Origin: Methanosuratincolales archaeon
GTDB lineage: Archaea > Thermoproteota > Methanomethylicia > Methanomethylicales > Methanomethylicaceae
DNA length: 64,000 bases
NCBI GenBank assembly: GCA_014361445.1
Contig: JACIVQ010000001.1
Span: 10,174-74,173, forward strand
Direction: 5' to 3'
Part shown: positions 18,188 to 27,210 of the stretch, piece by piece
How the letters are laid out: the number at the start of each line of letters is the position of its first letter
Numbering within the stretch: position 1 is the stretch's first letter
Program-made: the position numbers and the translations under genes
Notes under the pieces: generated by a model
Database searches by the model: none
What the model was told of the DNA's origin: nothing
The model's input: only the letters and a program-made list of their open reading frames with translations

Positions 18188-19387
18188 TTAGTTGAAGAGG
18201 GATTTGTCAGGTTTTAGGCGGAGATACTTTGAGTATGTCATGGTATCGGCTTCCATTAAAAAGGGTTTGCCGCAGACCGGCGCCTGAATGCCCCTAGCAC
18301 ACGAGAGGCAGTCTCCATCGCACCCCGGTATAGGTCTGAAGTTCTCTCTGAGGTTTGGCCTGAAGTATACTGGCACAATTTTTCCCTCGCAGACCTTGGA
18401 AGTCATAAACTCTGAGTTCATGCCTATATAGTTCCGACCGACCTTTCTGAACTCCATACATAGGGCGAATGTCAATCCTCTCTTTGAGGAGAGCTCTCTG
18501 AGGGCTCTAAAAACTTTAGAGCGATAGGCTTCTGATGCTTGGTAGCTCAGGCCAATGCGTTCTCTGTAAATAGAATGCCATAGTTTGGGGATCTTGGCGT
18601 CGAAGGACTTGACTACCGAGAGAAGTCTGCCCATATAGGAGGTATTGATGTCGCATACACTCGCTATGATATGGTCAGCCCCCCTCTCTTTGACCGCGTC
18701 CAGGAGGTTCGAAAGATCCCGGGGAGCGTCGTTTATGCCTGGGAGGATGGGGTCGATCCTTACGACCACGTAAAGACCGTGATCCTTAGATTTCTGTACC
18801 GCTTTGAGCTGCTCTTCTACCGTCGAGCCTCCAGGGGAGAGGGCTTTGCGTACCTCCTCATCGAGGGATAGGAGAGTGAACTGGCAAAAACAGTGGTTGT
18901 GTGGGTGTTCGGACATGCGCCTCAACAGGCGATCAGGAACTTTAGCCCCGTTCTTTGTCACAAACTCCACTGGGAGGCCCAAATCGAGAAAGACGTCCAT
19001 GCAACGCTCTGAGAGGTGATAGGTCTCCTCGAGCGGGGACTGAAATGGATCCGTGACGGGTGAGAAGTACCCGCATGATGCGTAGTAAAGCCTCCGCAGT
19101 TCTTCATCCAATTTTTTGTCTATGTCTTTGAATACGGTGACCATTCCTGTCTTGTTCCACTCCTCGAAATATCCCCCGTAGGCTCGCGCATAGCACATGG
19201 GGCAGTTTATTGTGCAGCCATTGTATGGGTTTACAAGGATCCGCTCTGAACTACATTCCCTGCGCCCTGATCGATACGGGAAATACCATCCATGAACCAC
19301 GCACTTCTTTGTAGGAACGAGCATGTGAGGGATGGGCTCATGGATAAGTTTAGGGGCCATTTCAGATCTTATTGGCATCTGGGTCAA
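18188..19387 (-). CDS. Radical SAM protein, spore-photoproduct-lyase-like family
   Basis: NPYNGCTINCPMCYA, SPVTDPFQ, RIDPILPG, Cys-rich C-terminus. Confidence 0.8.
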   Translation of the reverse strand: MTQMPIRSEMAPKLIHEPIPHMLVPTKKCVVHGWYFPYRSGRRECSSERILVNPYNGCTINCPMCYARAYGGYFEEWNKTGMVTVFKDIDKKLDEELRRLYYASCGYFSPVTDPFQSPLEETYHLSERCMDVFLDLGLPVEFVTKNGAKVPDRLLRRMSEHPHNHCFCQFTLLSLDEEVRKALSPGGSTVEEQLKAVQKSKDHGLYVVVRIDPILPGINDAPRDLSNLLDAVKERGADHIIASVCDINTSYMGRLLSVVKSFDAKIPKLWHSIYRERIGLSYQASEAYRSKVFRALRELSSKRGLTFALCMEFRKVGRNYIGMNSEFMTSKVCEGKIVPVYFRPNLRENFRPIPGCDGDCLSCARGIQAPVCGKPFLMEADTMTYSKYLRLKPDKSLFN

Positions 19388-19465
19388 CAGATTATAGTTT
19401 AAGGATCAACTAAAATCATTTACTCAGTCCAGTTACTATGACGATCTTGAGACGGGACAGAAAAG

Positions 19466-20398
19466 TTAGATCCGGCAGACTATATCCTTCCTCAGGTCGA
19501 CGCACCCGATCAGTGCAAGGAGAACCCTCGCATCCTCAGTATTCACGACCCCATGAGCCCTCTCCCTGACCACGAGTTTTGGCTTATATCCGATACCAAG
19601 GCCTACGTTCTCTATCATGAAGAGGTCATTTGCTCCGTCCCCCACGGCCACACATGCCTCTAAGCCCACGCCCACCTTAGCGGCGATTGTCTTTATCGCC
19701 TTGAGTTTTGCCTCAGGTCCGATCATCTCCCCCTCAACCTCACCTGTCAAGCGCCCATCCTTTACAATTAGTCGGTTGCTGAAGACATAGTCGGCTCCTA
19801 TCATCCTGCCGACGTGCTCGGCGGCAAAATCAAAGCTGCCCGTCACTATCCCTATCACGAAGCCAAGTTCCTTGAGTTTCGCTATCAACTCCCTGACCCC
19901 TGGGTTGATCTTTATTGAAGATTTAATCTGATCCAGAACCTCAACCGGGAGCCCCTCCAGTAGCTTTACTCTAGATCTCAGGGCCTCAAGGAAGTTTAAC
20001 TTTCCATCCATGGCAAGCTTAGTGATCTTCTTCACCTCTTCACCCACGCCCGCAGCCTTTGCCAGCTCCTCTATAACCTCCTGCTCTATGAGGGTTCCGT
20101 CAAGGTCGAATACTATGACCCTCTTTCCACACTTGTAGCTATGGTAGGACTCCGCCGCCAGCGCCAGGCCAACATCATCACAGCTGTTCTTTAGTATGTT
20201 CAATAGGACGTCCTTTTTCACAATGGATGTCCTGGTGTCAACAACCATTATAATAAGAAAGAGGTCGTTGAAGATGGTCGAAGCCCTGGTCTTTATTATG
20301 TTCGCATGGAGTCTTGCCAAGACTCCAGTCACCGTGGCAACTATGCCTGGACGGTCTTTTCCCAAGACTGTAATGACCAGCCTATCGTCCTCCAGCAT
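19466..20398 (-). CDS. serB: Phosphoserine phosphatase with N-terminal ACT domain
   Basis: GKDRPGIV ACT; FDLDGTLIEQEVIEELA, VTGSF, VGDGANDL; ATG at 20398 with GGAGG. Confidence 0.92.
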   Translation of the reverse strand: MLEDDRLVITVLGKDRPGIVATVTGVLARLHANIIKTRASTIFNDLFLIIMVVDTRTSIVKKDVLLNILKNSCDDVGLALAAESYHSYKCGKRVIVFDLDGTLIEQEVIEELAKAAGVGEEVKKITKLAMDGKLNFLEALRSRVKLLEGLPVEVLDQIKSSIKINPGVRELIAKLKELGFVIGIVTGSFDFAAEHVGRMIGADYVFSNRLIVKDGRLTGEVEGEMIGPEAKLKAIKTIAAKVGVGLEACVAVGDGANDLFMIENVGLGIGYKPKLVVRERAHGVVNTEDARVLLALIGCVDLRKDIVCRI

Positions 20399-20648
20399 AA
20401 TAAAAAGAAACCTCCAACCCAAGCTCGTGGCACAGGTAATCTAGCTTCTTGCGAAAGGTTTCGAGATCCAGTCCGGCAGCAAGTTTAATGAGCATGGAAA
20501 GTATGAAGATGCCCTTCATGACGACCTGATCCATGTCCTCAATGTTGCAACCAAATTCCGAGATCACTGAAGAGATCTCGGCAATTAAGCCAGGGCGATC
20601 CGGCCCAACAGTGGTTATAACCATGTACCTATCACGCATAGACTGCAC
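20382..20648 (-). CDS. Stand-alone ACT-domain protein
   Basis: VITTVGPDRPGLIAEIS...CNIEDMDQ; overlaps the serB start. Confidence 0.88.
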   Translation of the reverse strand: MQSMRDRYMVITTVGPDRPGLIAEISSVISEFGCNIEDMDQVVMKGIFILSMLIKLAAGLDLETFRKKLDYLCHELGLEVSFYYAGGR

Positions 20649-20726
20649 CGGGTGACCATCGAAGATTGTACAGAAAATCTAATTAAGTTTTCGTATTGAT
20701 ATTGGAAACATCACGAGGGAAGATGT

Positions 20727-21359
20727 TTGAGCAAGGTTCAACTTGAGGCACTCAAGGAGGCTCTGATCGAGCAGAATCAAAAGAGGGCGAAAGATCTCAC
20801 AGAGGAATTTTTGCGAGCAGGTGTGCCGCCAAAGGATATAATTGATGTGATATCTGACGGGCTAAAGGTAATTGGAGACTTATTTGAGAGGGGAGAGCTC
20901 TTCCTGCCAGAGGTCATGAGGGCAGCAAACGCCGCCAAGGCCTCATTGAGCGTCGTATTGCCAATGATGGTGAAGGAGAAGGCGGGAGAGGGGCGGGGAG
21001 TGATCGCGATAGGCTCGCTAGGACCGCACGACATAGGGAAGACCATTGTATCCTCTACGCTGATCGCAGATGGTTTCAAGGTGTTGGACATGGGCATAAA
21101 CGTGACGCCGAATGTTGTGGAGGACTTTTTGAGAGATAATGAGGTGGATATACTCGCCCTCTCAATCCTCCTCACCTCTGACATAGATAAATGTGCTAAC
21201 GTGATAGAGAGGGCAAGGAAGGTTAAGAGCGGAATTAAGGTGATGGTTGGGGGCGCAGCCATGAGCCCGGAGACGGCAAGAAAGATAAAGGCAGACGCAT
21301 ACGGTAGAGACGCAAACGAGGCGGTTAAGATAGCAAGGGAACTAACCGGGAGGAGGTAG
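20727..21359 (+). CDS. Corrinoid (B12-binding) protein, MtaC/MetH cap plus Rossmann domain
   Basis: GELFLPEVM cap, HDIGKTIV, LSILL, VMVGGA, ADAYGRDA. Confidence 0.9.
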   Translation: MSKVQLEALKEALIEQNQKRAKDLTEEFLRAGVPPKDIIDVISDGLKVIGDLFERGELFLPEVMRAANAAKASLSVVLPMMVKEKAGEGRGVIAIGSLGPHDIGKTIVSSTLIADGFKVLDMGINVTPNVVEDFLRDNEVDILALSILLTSDIDKCANVIERARKVKSGIKVMVGGAAMSPETARKIKADAYGRDANEAVKIARELTGRR

Positions 21360-21364
21360 AGAGA

Positions 21365-22246
21365 ATGAAGACAACAGTCATTGGTAGCTACCCAGTTGTC
21401 GGCGAGGGGCTGGAGGCTATAAAAAACGCGGTGAATGACCAGCTAAATGCGGGGATCGAGATAATCAGCGACGGGCAGACAAGGAAGGACATGGTATGTT
21501 ACTTTGCGGACCATATACCCGGGTTCAAGGTCGAGGATGAGAAGGCGAAGATAGTTGGAAAGATAAGACCGCCAGAAGAGACGCCAGTGGTTGATGACCT
21601 GATATTTGCCAGGGAGCTGGCAGGAGGTAAGGCTGAGGTGAAAGCAATAATTACGGGCCCGGTCACAATAGTCTTCTTTTCAGAGCTGACCCCAGAGGCC
21701 CCCTACGCAGGGTTTCGGGACGAGAGACTGTATGAGGACGTGAGCGCAGCCCTGGCAGTGGAGGCGGAGATCATGCAAAAATCGGGCTTTTCTAAGGTTC
21801 AGATAGACGAGCCCAGTTTCTCAATCGGGGCCCCCATGAACATAGGGAGGAAGGCGCTCGAGGCGATCGTGTCAGACTTGAAAGGGATTAAGGCGTTACA
21901 TGTCTGTGGTAACCTTAGGAGGGTCTTTAAGGAGATAGTGAAGATAGAGGGCTTTGATGTTCTGAGCTTCTCGTTCAAAGACAATGTGAGTAATTTTGAC
22001 AATGTTGAGAGGAAACTTCTGGAGGATTATTCAAAGAGGCTGGGCGTGGGGTGTGTAAGTACGATGAGCCCCGAAGCGGAGGACGTAGAGTCTATCAAGA
22101 AGGTGCTGAGTAGGGCGCTGGAGTTGTACGGAGTGGAAAACATAGAGTGGATCCACCCTGATTGTGGGCTGAGATCATTGAAGAGGGATGAGGCTTTCGT
22201 GAAGCTCAAGAATATGGTTATAGCGGCGAAGGAGCTGAGGATCTGA
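21365..22246 (+). CDS. Core (methylcobalamin-dependent) methionine synthase, MetE C-terminal type (MesA-like)
   Basis: TTVIGSYP, IISDGQTR, ITGPVT, QIDEPS, LHVCG, HPDCGL; single barrel of 293 aa. Confidence 0.85.
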   Translation: MKTTVIGSYPVVGEGLEAIKNAVNDQLNAGIEIISDGQTRKDMVCYFADHIPGFKVEDEKAKIVGKIRPPEETPVVDDLIFARELAGGKAEVKAIITGPVTIVFFSELTPEAPYAGFRDERLYEDVSAALAVEAEIMQKSGFSKVQIDEPSFSIGAPMNIGRKALEAIVSDLKGIKALHVCGNLRRVFKEIVKIEGFDVLSFSFKDNVSNFDNVERKLLEDYSKRLGVGCVSTMSPEAEDVESIKKVLSRALELYGVENIEWIHPDCGLRSLKRDEAFVKLKNMVIAAKELRI

Positions 22247-23118
22247 TGGTGGAAGTTCGTTTGGGGAATATCAAATTTGGCGACGTTCCGGTCATGATAG
22301 GCAGCCTCTTCTACAAATCGGACAGAAAAGTCATAGACCACAAAAAAGGCGAGGTGAACATGCAGGCACTTCTGAAAGAGCTGAAGAGCGTGGAGAGACT
22401 GAAAGAGAGAACAGGGCTGCTCCACGCCATAGACATAATAGCAGAGACTCCGGAGGCGATGGATAGGTACATAACCATCCTTTCGGAGGCAAGTGATGAC
22501 CCATTGCTCATTGGCGGACTAAATGAAGAGAGCAGGATTGCTGGCTATAAAAAGGCATCCGAGTTGGGTCTGGCGGGCAGGTGTGGGGTAAACTCGGTCT
22601 CCCTAAACACGAGTGAAATGGAGCTCGAGCGCATAAAGGAGAGCGGGATAAGATTTGCGATAGTTCAAACATTGGACCCTGCGGCGGTTTACCCTGAGGA
22701 GAAGCTTGGGGTTTTGAAGGGAGGACTCCTGGAGAGGTGCAGGAATGCAGGCATTACCAGCATGGCCGTAGATGTAGGTATAATAGATTTCACAAGCGTC
22801 TGGCTAGCGGCAGAGTCCATAAAGGCTGTTAAGAATGAATTGGGACTGCCAGCAGGGTGTGCGCCTTCCAATATCGCATACCAGCCGCTATTGAAGAAGA
22901 AGGTTACAAAGAGAGTTGCGAGATCCATGAATGTGGCGCTCAATACCATTATACAGATCGCAGGGGCGGACTTCATACTATACGGACCGCTTAAGGCGGC
23001 AGGGTACATATTCGAGGCAGCAGCCACCGTTGAAGGCATAAAGGCTTACGGGGAAAGGTTGAAGGGGAAGGTCTTTGAGAAGAGCCACCCACTTTATAAG
23101 TTCCTAGCGAAACTGTGA
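22246..23118 (+). CDS. mtrH: MtrH-family methyl-pterin:corrinoid methyltransferase
   Basis: VMIGSLFY..KVIDHKKG, GLPAGCAPSN, GADFILYGPL, HPLYK; no other mtr subunits nearby. Confidence 0.8.
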   Translation: MVEVRLGNIKFGDVPVMIGSLFYKSDRKVIDHKKGEVNMQALLKELKSVERLKERTGLLHAIDIIAETPEAMDRYITILSEASDDPLLIGGLNEESRIAGYKKASELGLAGRCGVNSVSLNTSEMELERIKESGIRFAIVQTLDPAAVYPEEKLGVLKGGLLERCRNAGITSMAVDVGIIDFTSVWLAAESIKAVKNELGLPAGCAPSNIAYQPLLKKKVTKRVARSMNVALNTIIQIAGADFILYGPLKAAGYIFEAAATVEGIKAYGERLKGKVFEKSHPLYKFLAKL

Positions 23119-23366
23119 TATGTGGAGGGGTAATTTTGGTTCTGGCATGTGTCCTTATACACTGCAAGCCTGGAACTGCCACAGACGTACTGAACAAGAT
23201 AAAGGAGATAAAGGGCGTGAGAAGAGCCTTCGAGACGCTTGGGGCATATGACGTCGTTGTGGAGTACGAGTTTCAGAGCCTCGAGAAGCTGGGGATAACG
23301 GTTTATGAGATCGCAAAGATGCCAGGTGTGGTCTCAACCGAGACCTTGATAGAGACCTTGTTGTGA
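23115..23366 (+). CDS. Lrp/AsnC ligand-binding (RAM) domain protein
   Basis: ACVLIHCKPG...LGAYDVV...GVVSTETLI. Confidence 0.85.
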   Translation: MICGGVILVLACVLIHCKPGTATDVLNKIKEIKGVRRAFETLGAYDVVVEYEFQSLEKLGITVYEIAKMPGVVSTETLIETLL

Positions 23367-23367
23367 G

Positions 23368-23601
23368 GTGGTAGCTATGGTCCAAGTTCTAGTGCTAATA
23401 AATGCCGAGAAAGTCTCAGTCTTAGATATTGTCGGTAAACTGGAGAAGATGCCGGAGGTATTAGACGTATTTCCAACTTTTGGCAGGTTCGACGTCGTGG
23501 CATTCTGCAATGCCGAAAATAGGGAGAGAGTGAAAGATTTGGTGCGGAAGATAGCGGCATTAGAGGGCGTTCTGAAGACAGAGACCTTGGTGGAGCTCTG
23601 A
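23368..23601 (+). CDS. Lrp/AsnC ligand-binding (RAM) domain protein
   Basis: VLVLINAE...FGRFDVV...GVLKTETLV. Confidence 0.85.
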   Translation: MVAMVQVLVLINAEKVSVLDIVGKLEKMPEVLDVFPTFGRFDVVAFCNAENRERVKDLVRKIAALEGVLKTETLVEL

Positions 23602-23668
23602 TCCGTCGATATTTTTGCAATTCATGAAGTCAATCAAGTTAGTCCATCTGGATCGGCTCTTTTATGAT

Positions 23669-24517
23669 TTATAACAGCGGGGGAGGCAGACCTACCAACT
23701 CGTAGACCTTGACTATGTTCCCCCTATCGTCACGGCGAGAGTCCACCGGAGTCTCCATTATTAGAGGGAGGGAACGTATCCTTTTATCAGACAGTATGGA
23801 TCTGAACCCATCCTCCCCAATCTTGCCGAGACCGATGTGCTCGTGCCTATCTAGGTGGGATCCTAGATCCCCCTTGGAATCGTTTAGGTGCACAACCTTT
23901 AGTCGGTCAAGACCGATGATCTTTTCCAGTTCGTCGAGAACCTCTCCTATTCTTGTCTTTACATCATAGCCACCAGCGAAGGCATGGCAGGTGTCGAAGC
24001 AGAACCCAACCCTTTCAGGGTCTTCTAATTTGTCCATTATCGCACGTATGTCCTCAAATGTGGTACCCATACTGTTCTTCTGACCAGATGTATTCTCCAA
24101 GAGAATCATGCACTCTGAACCAGTTTCGAGGGCGCTGTTGAGTGCGGAGACGAGCCTTTGGCAACCTTTCTCCTCCCCGCTCCCGAGATGGCTCCCAAGG
24201 TGAGTGACTAGGTAGGGGATTCCAAGCTGAGAACACCTCTTCAGTTCAGCCTTCAAAGTGTCCACAGACTTCTTGTAGACCTCGTCGTTCGGCGTTGCCA
24301 AATTCGGGAGGTAGGGCATATGGTCCACTACAGGGCTTATATCGACCTTGCTGAGGCGCTCTCTAAAGGATCTTATAACATCTTCTGGGATGTCGGAAAA
24401 TGACCACCCTCGGGGATTCCTTGTAAAGAGCTGGAATGTGTTGCACCCAATTTTGAGCGCTCTCTCTACAGAACGGTCGATGGAGCCTGCTATGGAGATG
24501 TGAACGCCAACGCGCAT
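23669..24517 (-). CDS. nfo: Endonuclease IV
   Basis: GVHISIAG, QLFTRNPR, HMPYLPNL, HLGS, LENTSGQ, CFDTCHAF, HLNDSK, DRHEHIG, METP. Confidence 0.95.
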   Translation of the reverse strand: MRVGVHISIAGSIDRSVERALKIGCNTFQLFTRNPRGWSFSDIPEDVIRSFRERLSKVDISPVVDHMPYLPNLATPNDEVYKKSVDTLKAELKRCSQLGIPYLVTHLGSHLGSGEEKGCQRLVSALNSALETGSECMILLENTSGQKNSMGTTFEDIRAIMDKLEDPERVGFCFDTCHAFAGGYDVKTRIGEVLDELEKIIGLDRLKVVHLNDSKGDLGSHLDRHEHIGLGKIGEDGFRSILSDKRIRSLPLIMETPVDSRRDDRGNIVKVYELVGLPPPLL

Positions 24518-24585
24518 TTGACACACCAAATAGAACTACGCTCAAGACTCGTTTAAGGGTTTAGATGGGCGTTGGCGTAGGATTA

Positions 24586-25260
24586 CTAAAAAGAGCCCTT
24601 TAATGCCCGCCTCAGCGACTCCCTCATCTCGGGTGGAAATTTTTTTGGCTCTTGTGATGGGAGTTCCAAGCCCTTTATTGCGGCGAGCCCAGTGCCGTAG
24701 AGTACCCAGCCAATGACGTACTCAAAGAGATCACGGTCATGCCCAGAAGATTCTCCAAGGAGGCTCAGTAACTCTATTATTACGTATTGAGAGGCCTCTA
24801 TGCATGAATGGAGAGATTCGAGGAGTTCCTCCCCGACTAGAAGGGAGTCCCCGAGACCCTGCAATAGCCCTTTAAGGGTTGCGGCATCTGAATGTGAGAA
24901 AGTGTTGTCCAAGGATAGTATAAAGAGGGCTTTTTCAGTTTGGATGTCCGGATAGACATAACATCTGGATACCTTTGAGAGGGGATAAAGGTCTCTGAGT
25001 TCCTTGATAGGGAGGCCCTCAGTGAGAGAGATTATAGGTTTCCCTCTGAGGAGGTGCCAGATCTCGTCGGCTATGGTGTAGGCGCGGTTTCTCTCAGAGC
25101 CAATAAAGATCAAGTTGCACCATTTTGCAAGTTGGTGGAGTTCTTCAAGATCACATGAGGTAGGGAGGATTCGGACCTCCTGGTTTAGCCTGCACAGATT
25201 CTCTAGTGGCCTGCCTCTATCTTCGCAACCCAGTACCAGAAGCTTCAAGGTTTTCACCAC
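24586..25260 (-). CDS. Divergent pyrroline-5-carboxylate reductase-like protein
   Basis: NLIFIG, KPIISLTEGLPIKELRDLYP..VSRCYVYP resembles the ProC core, but the GxGxMG motif is missing. Confidence 0.45.
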   Translation of the reverse strand: MVKTLKLLVLGCEDRGRPLENLCRLNQEVRILPTSCDLEELHQLAKWCNLIFIGSERNRAYTIADEIWHLLRGKPIISLTEGLPIKELRDLYPLSKVSRCYVYPDIQTEKALFILSLDNTFSHSDAATLKGLLQGLGDSLLVGEELLESLHSCIEASQYVIIELLSLLGESSGHDRDLFEYVIGWVLYGTGLAAIKGLELPSQEPKKFPPEMRESLRRALKGSF

Positions 25261-25285
25261 TAAATGATCCTCTATTTCGACGCTA

Positions 25286-25318
25286 GTGAGCTGCCCACGG
25301 CTAAATCCTGTGGGCTTC
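25286..25318 (+). repeat. IS200/IS605-end-like palindromic remnant
   Basis: GTGAGCTGCCCACGGCTAAATCCTGTGGGCTTC; related copies at about 36044-36085, 40209-40237 and 41217-41260. Confidence 0.55.
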
Positions 25319-25328
25319 ATGCTCACAA

Positions 25329-25348
25329 TGTTAATAGGCGTATTAACA
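25329..25348. promoter_or_regulatory. Perfect 8-bp inverted repeat, candidate operator
   Basis: TGTTAATA-GGCG-TATTAACA between divergent genes. Confidence 0.45.
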
Positions 25349-25468
25349 ATTTATGTGTTACAGAAGGTTTATGCTCCCAATTCCTGAAATGTGCGGCTCT
25401 TACGAAACTTTGATGACAGATAAGATTAATATTCCTAGACCGCATTAACTCCTCAAGAGGATACTCAG

Positions 25469-26248
25469 ATGTCCTTCAATAAACTCAAGGCTTTAGGTTT
25501 CTCTGATTTGGAGATAAAGATCTATGAATATGTGATCAAGAAAGGGAGTTGTAAGAAAGAGGACTTGCTGAGAGACCTTGAGTTGACTGAGGAGGGTTTA
25601 AATGAGCATCTCTCGAAGATGTCATCGCTAGGCGCCATAGAGCTTGTTGATGATTTGGTTTCGCCTTCACCGCCGGGGTCATTCCTTCAAAAGTACTTGA
25701 GGCTAAAGGAGGTTGAGTTAGATCTTCAGCTAGCCGAGCTAAGGAAATTGGTGAACGAACTGCAGATGACCCTAGAGCCCGTATACAGCGAGAGCAAGTA
25801 CGGAGTAAGGCTGGAAGAGTTGTGGCAGAGCATAGACAGCCTATCCAGCATGGAAATGGAGACCATAAGGATGATTTCCCGTGCTAACTCAGAAATATCT
25901 ATATTGGCGGAGCGGTTCAGTTACTATCCGAAGGTAAGGGAGGAGTTGCTTTCAGCCTTAGACAGGAAGGTCAGGGTCAGAGTCCTCCTGCTGGCACTTG
26001 ATAAGGAGAATGAGGGGAGGGTCGAGGACCTGAAAAGGAACAAGATTGAAGTGAGGTTGGCTAGATGCGATTGGAGGAGTGTGAGGTTTACTTTAGTGGA
26101 CAAGAGAGAGGTAATATTCCTAATTTGGGCAAAGAAGAGCGGAGAGAACAGGGTTTACTACAGACCTGGCTACTCGAAGAACCCGGGAATGGTGAGCGTT
26201 TTCTCGGACTCCTTCGAGTATCTGTGGGACAAGGCATTACAACTCTAA
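25469..26248 (+). CDS. TrmB-family transcriptional regulator
   Basis: LGFSDLEIKIYEYVI HTH; PLD-like C-domain (FTLVDKREV...FEYLW); first gene of the lip cluster. Confidence 0.82.
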   Translation: MSFNKLKALGFSDLEIKIYEYVIKKGSCKKEDLLRDLELTEEGLNEHLSKMSSLGAIELVDDLVSPSPPGSFLQKYLRLKEVELDLQLAELRKLVNELQMTLEPVYSESKYGVRLEELWQSIDSLSSMEMETIRMISRANSEISILAERFSYYPKVREELLSALDRKVRVRVLLLALDKENEGRVEDLKRNKIEVRLARCDWRSVRFTLVDKREVIFLIWAKKSGENRVYYRPGYSKNPGMVSVFSDSFEYLWDKALQL

Positions 26249-27210
26249 AGAAAATAAGGGTCTCCCTCGGAACCGCAATAGAACTGGGTTTGATCGAAGG
26301 CCTCCAAAAGGAGGCACCAACCACAGCTTACCTTTTTATGATCGGTAAAGGTTGCAGGGGGAAGTGTGCCTTTTGCCCTCAGTCCACGGGTCTGTCGGAT
26401 AATATATCGAGGGTGAGCTGGCCCGAGTTCCCAGTAGAGGACGTATTGAGGGTTATGAAGGGCAACCGAAGGTTCGAGAGGGTTTGCGTTCAATGCGCCG
26501 ACGAGGACGGTTTGATCCTTCACATTAGGCGCTTTATAGAGGTCTTGAGGGAGTGGGCAAGCATTCCGATTTCGGTCTCTATACCTCCAGCCCCTCCCGA
26601 GGATTTGCGCATGTTGGAGGGTGCAGGTGTGGATGTATTGACAATCCCGCTGGACTGCGCCAATGAAGAATTATTCCGCAGAATCAAGGGGAGAGAGTGG
26701 GAGTACCACTGGAGAGCTCTTGAGAAGGCTTTGGAGGTCTTCGGACCTAAAAGGGTCGGGACGCACATTATAGTAGGGCTTGGGGAGACGGAGAGAGATG
26801 TTGTTAATGTGGTTTCAAAATGCCACAGGACTGGAATTGTGCCCTCCCTCTTCGCCTTCACGCCAATAAAGGGGACCCCCCTTGGAGGTAGACCGCAACC
26901 TAATTTGAGGTCTTACAGGAGGTTGCAGTTGGGCAGGGAGCTGATAATCACCGGTAAGGCGACTGAGAAGGATTTTTCGTATGATAGTCTCGGCAGGATT
27001 ATGAAGATCAACGTTAGCAGAGATGTAATAGAGGAAATTGTGGAGAAGGGGGATGCCTTCATGACCAGGGGTTGCCCAGGCTGCAATAGACCGTATTTCA
27101 ACGAGAAGGTTACCGGACCAGTTTACAATTACCCCCGCAGACTGGATAGGATGGAGGTTGAAGAAGTCAGGAGGGAGTTACTTGGAGGGATTGAGGGTCT
27201 TAAGGTTTGA
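26224..27210 (+). CDS. lipS2: Archaeal lipoyl synthase component LipS2 (radical SAM)
   Basis: CRGKCAFC, HIIVGLGETE, LFAFTPIKGT, TRGCPGCNRP signature; probable GTG start at 26224. Confidence 0.8.
   Translation: MGQGITTLKKIRVSLGTAIELGLIEGLQKEAPTTAYLFMIGKGCRGKCAFCPQSTGLSDNISRVSWPEFPVEDVLRVMKGNRRFERVCVQCADEDGLILHIRRFIEVLREWASIPISVSIPPAPPEDLRMLEGAGVDVLTIPLDCANEELFRRIKGREWEYHWRALEKALEVFGPKRVGTHIIVGLGETERDVVNVVSKCHRTGIVPSLFAFTPIKGTPLGGRPQPNLRSYRRLQLGRELIITGKATEKDFSYDSLGRIMKINVSRDVIEEIVEKGDAFMTRGCPGCNRPYFNEKVTGPVYNYPRRLDRMEVEEVRRELLGGIEGLKV

Noticed and set aside
19438-19500. Possible second C/D sRNA (ATGACGA-TCTTGAGACGGGA-CAGA)
   Set aside because: No convincing C' or terminal D box or stem, and only imperfect rRNA complementarity from memory
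22246-23118. Evidence for a membrane Mtr complex and hydrogenotrophic methanogenesis
   Set aside because: Only an MtrH homolog is present, within a methionine synthase context
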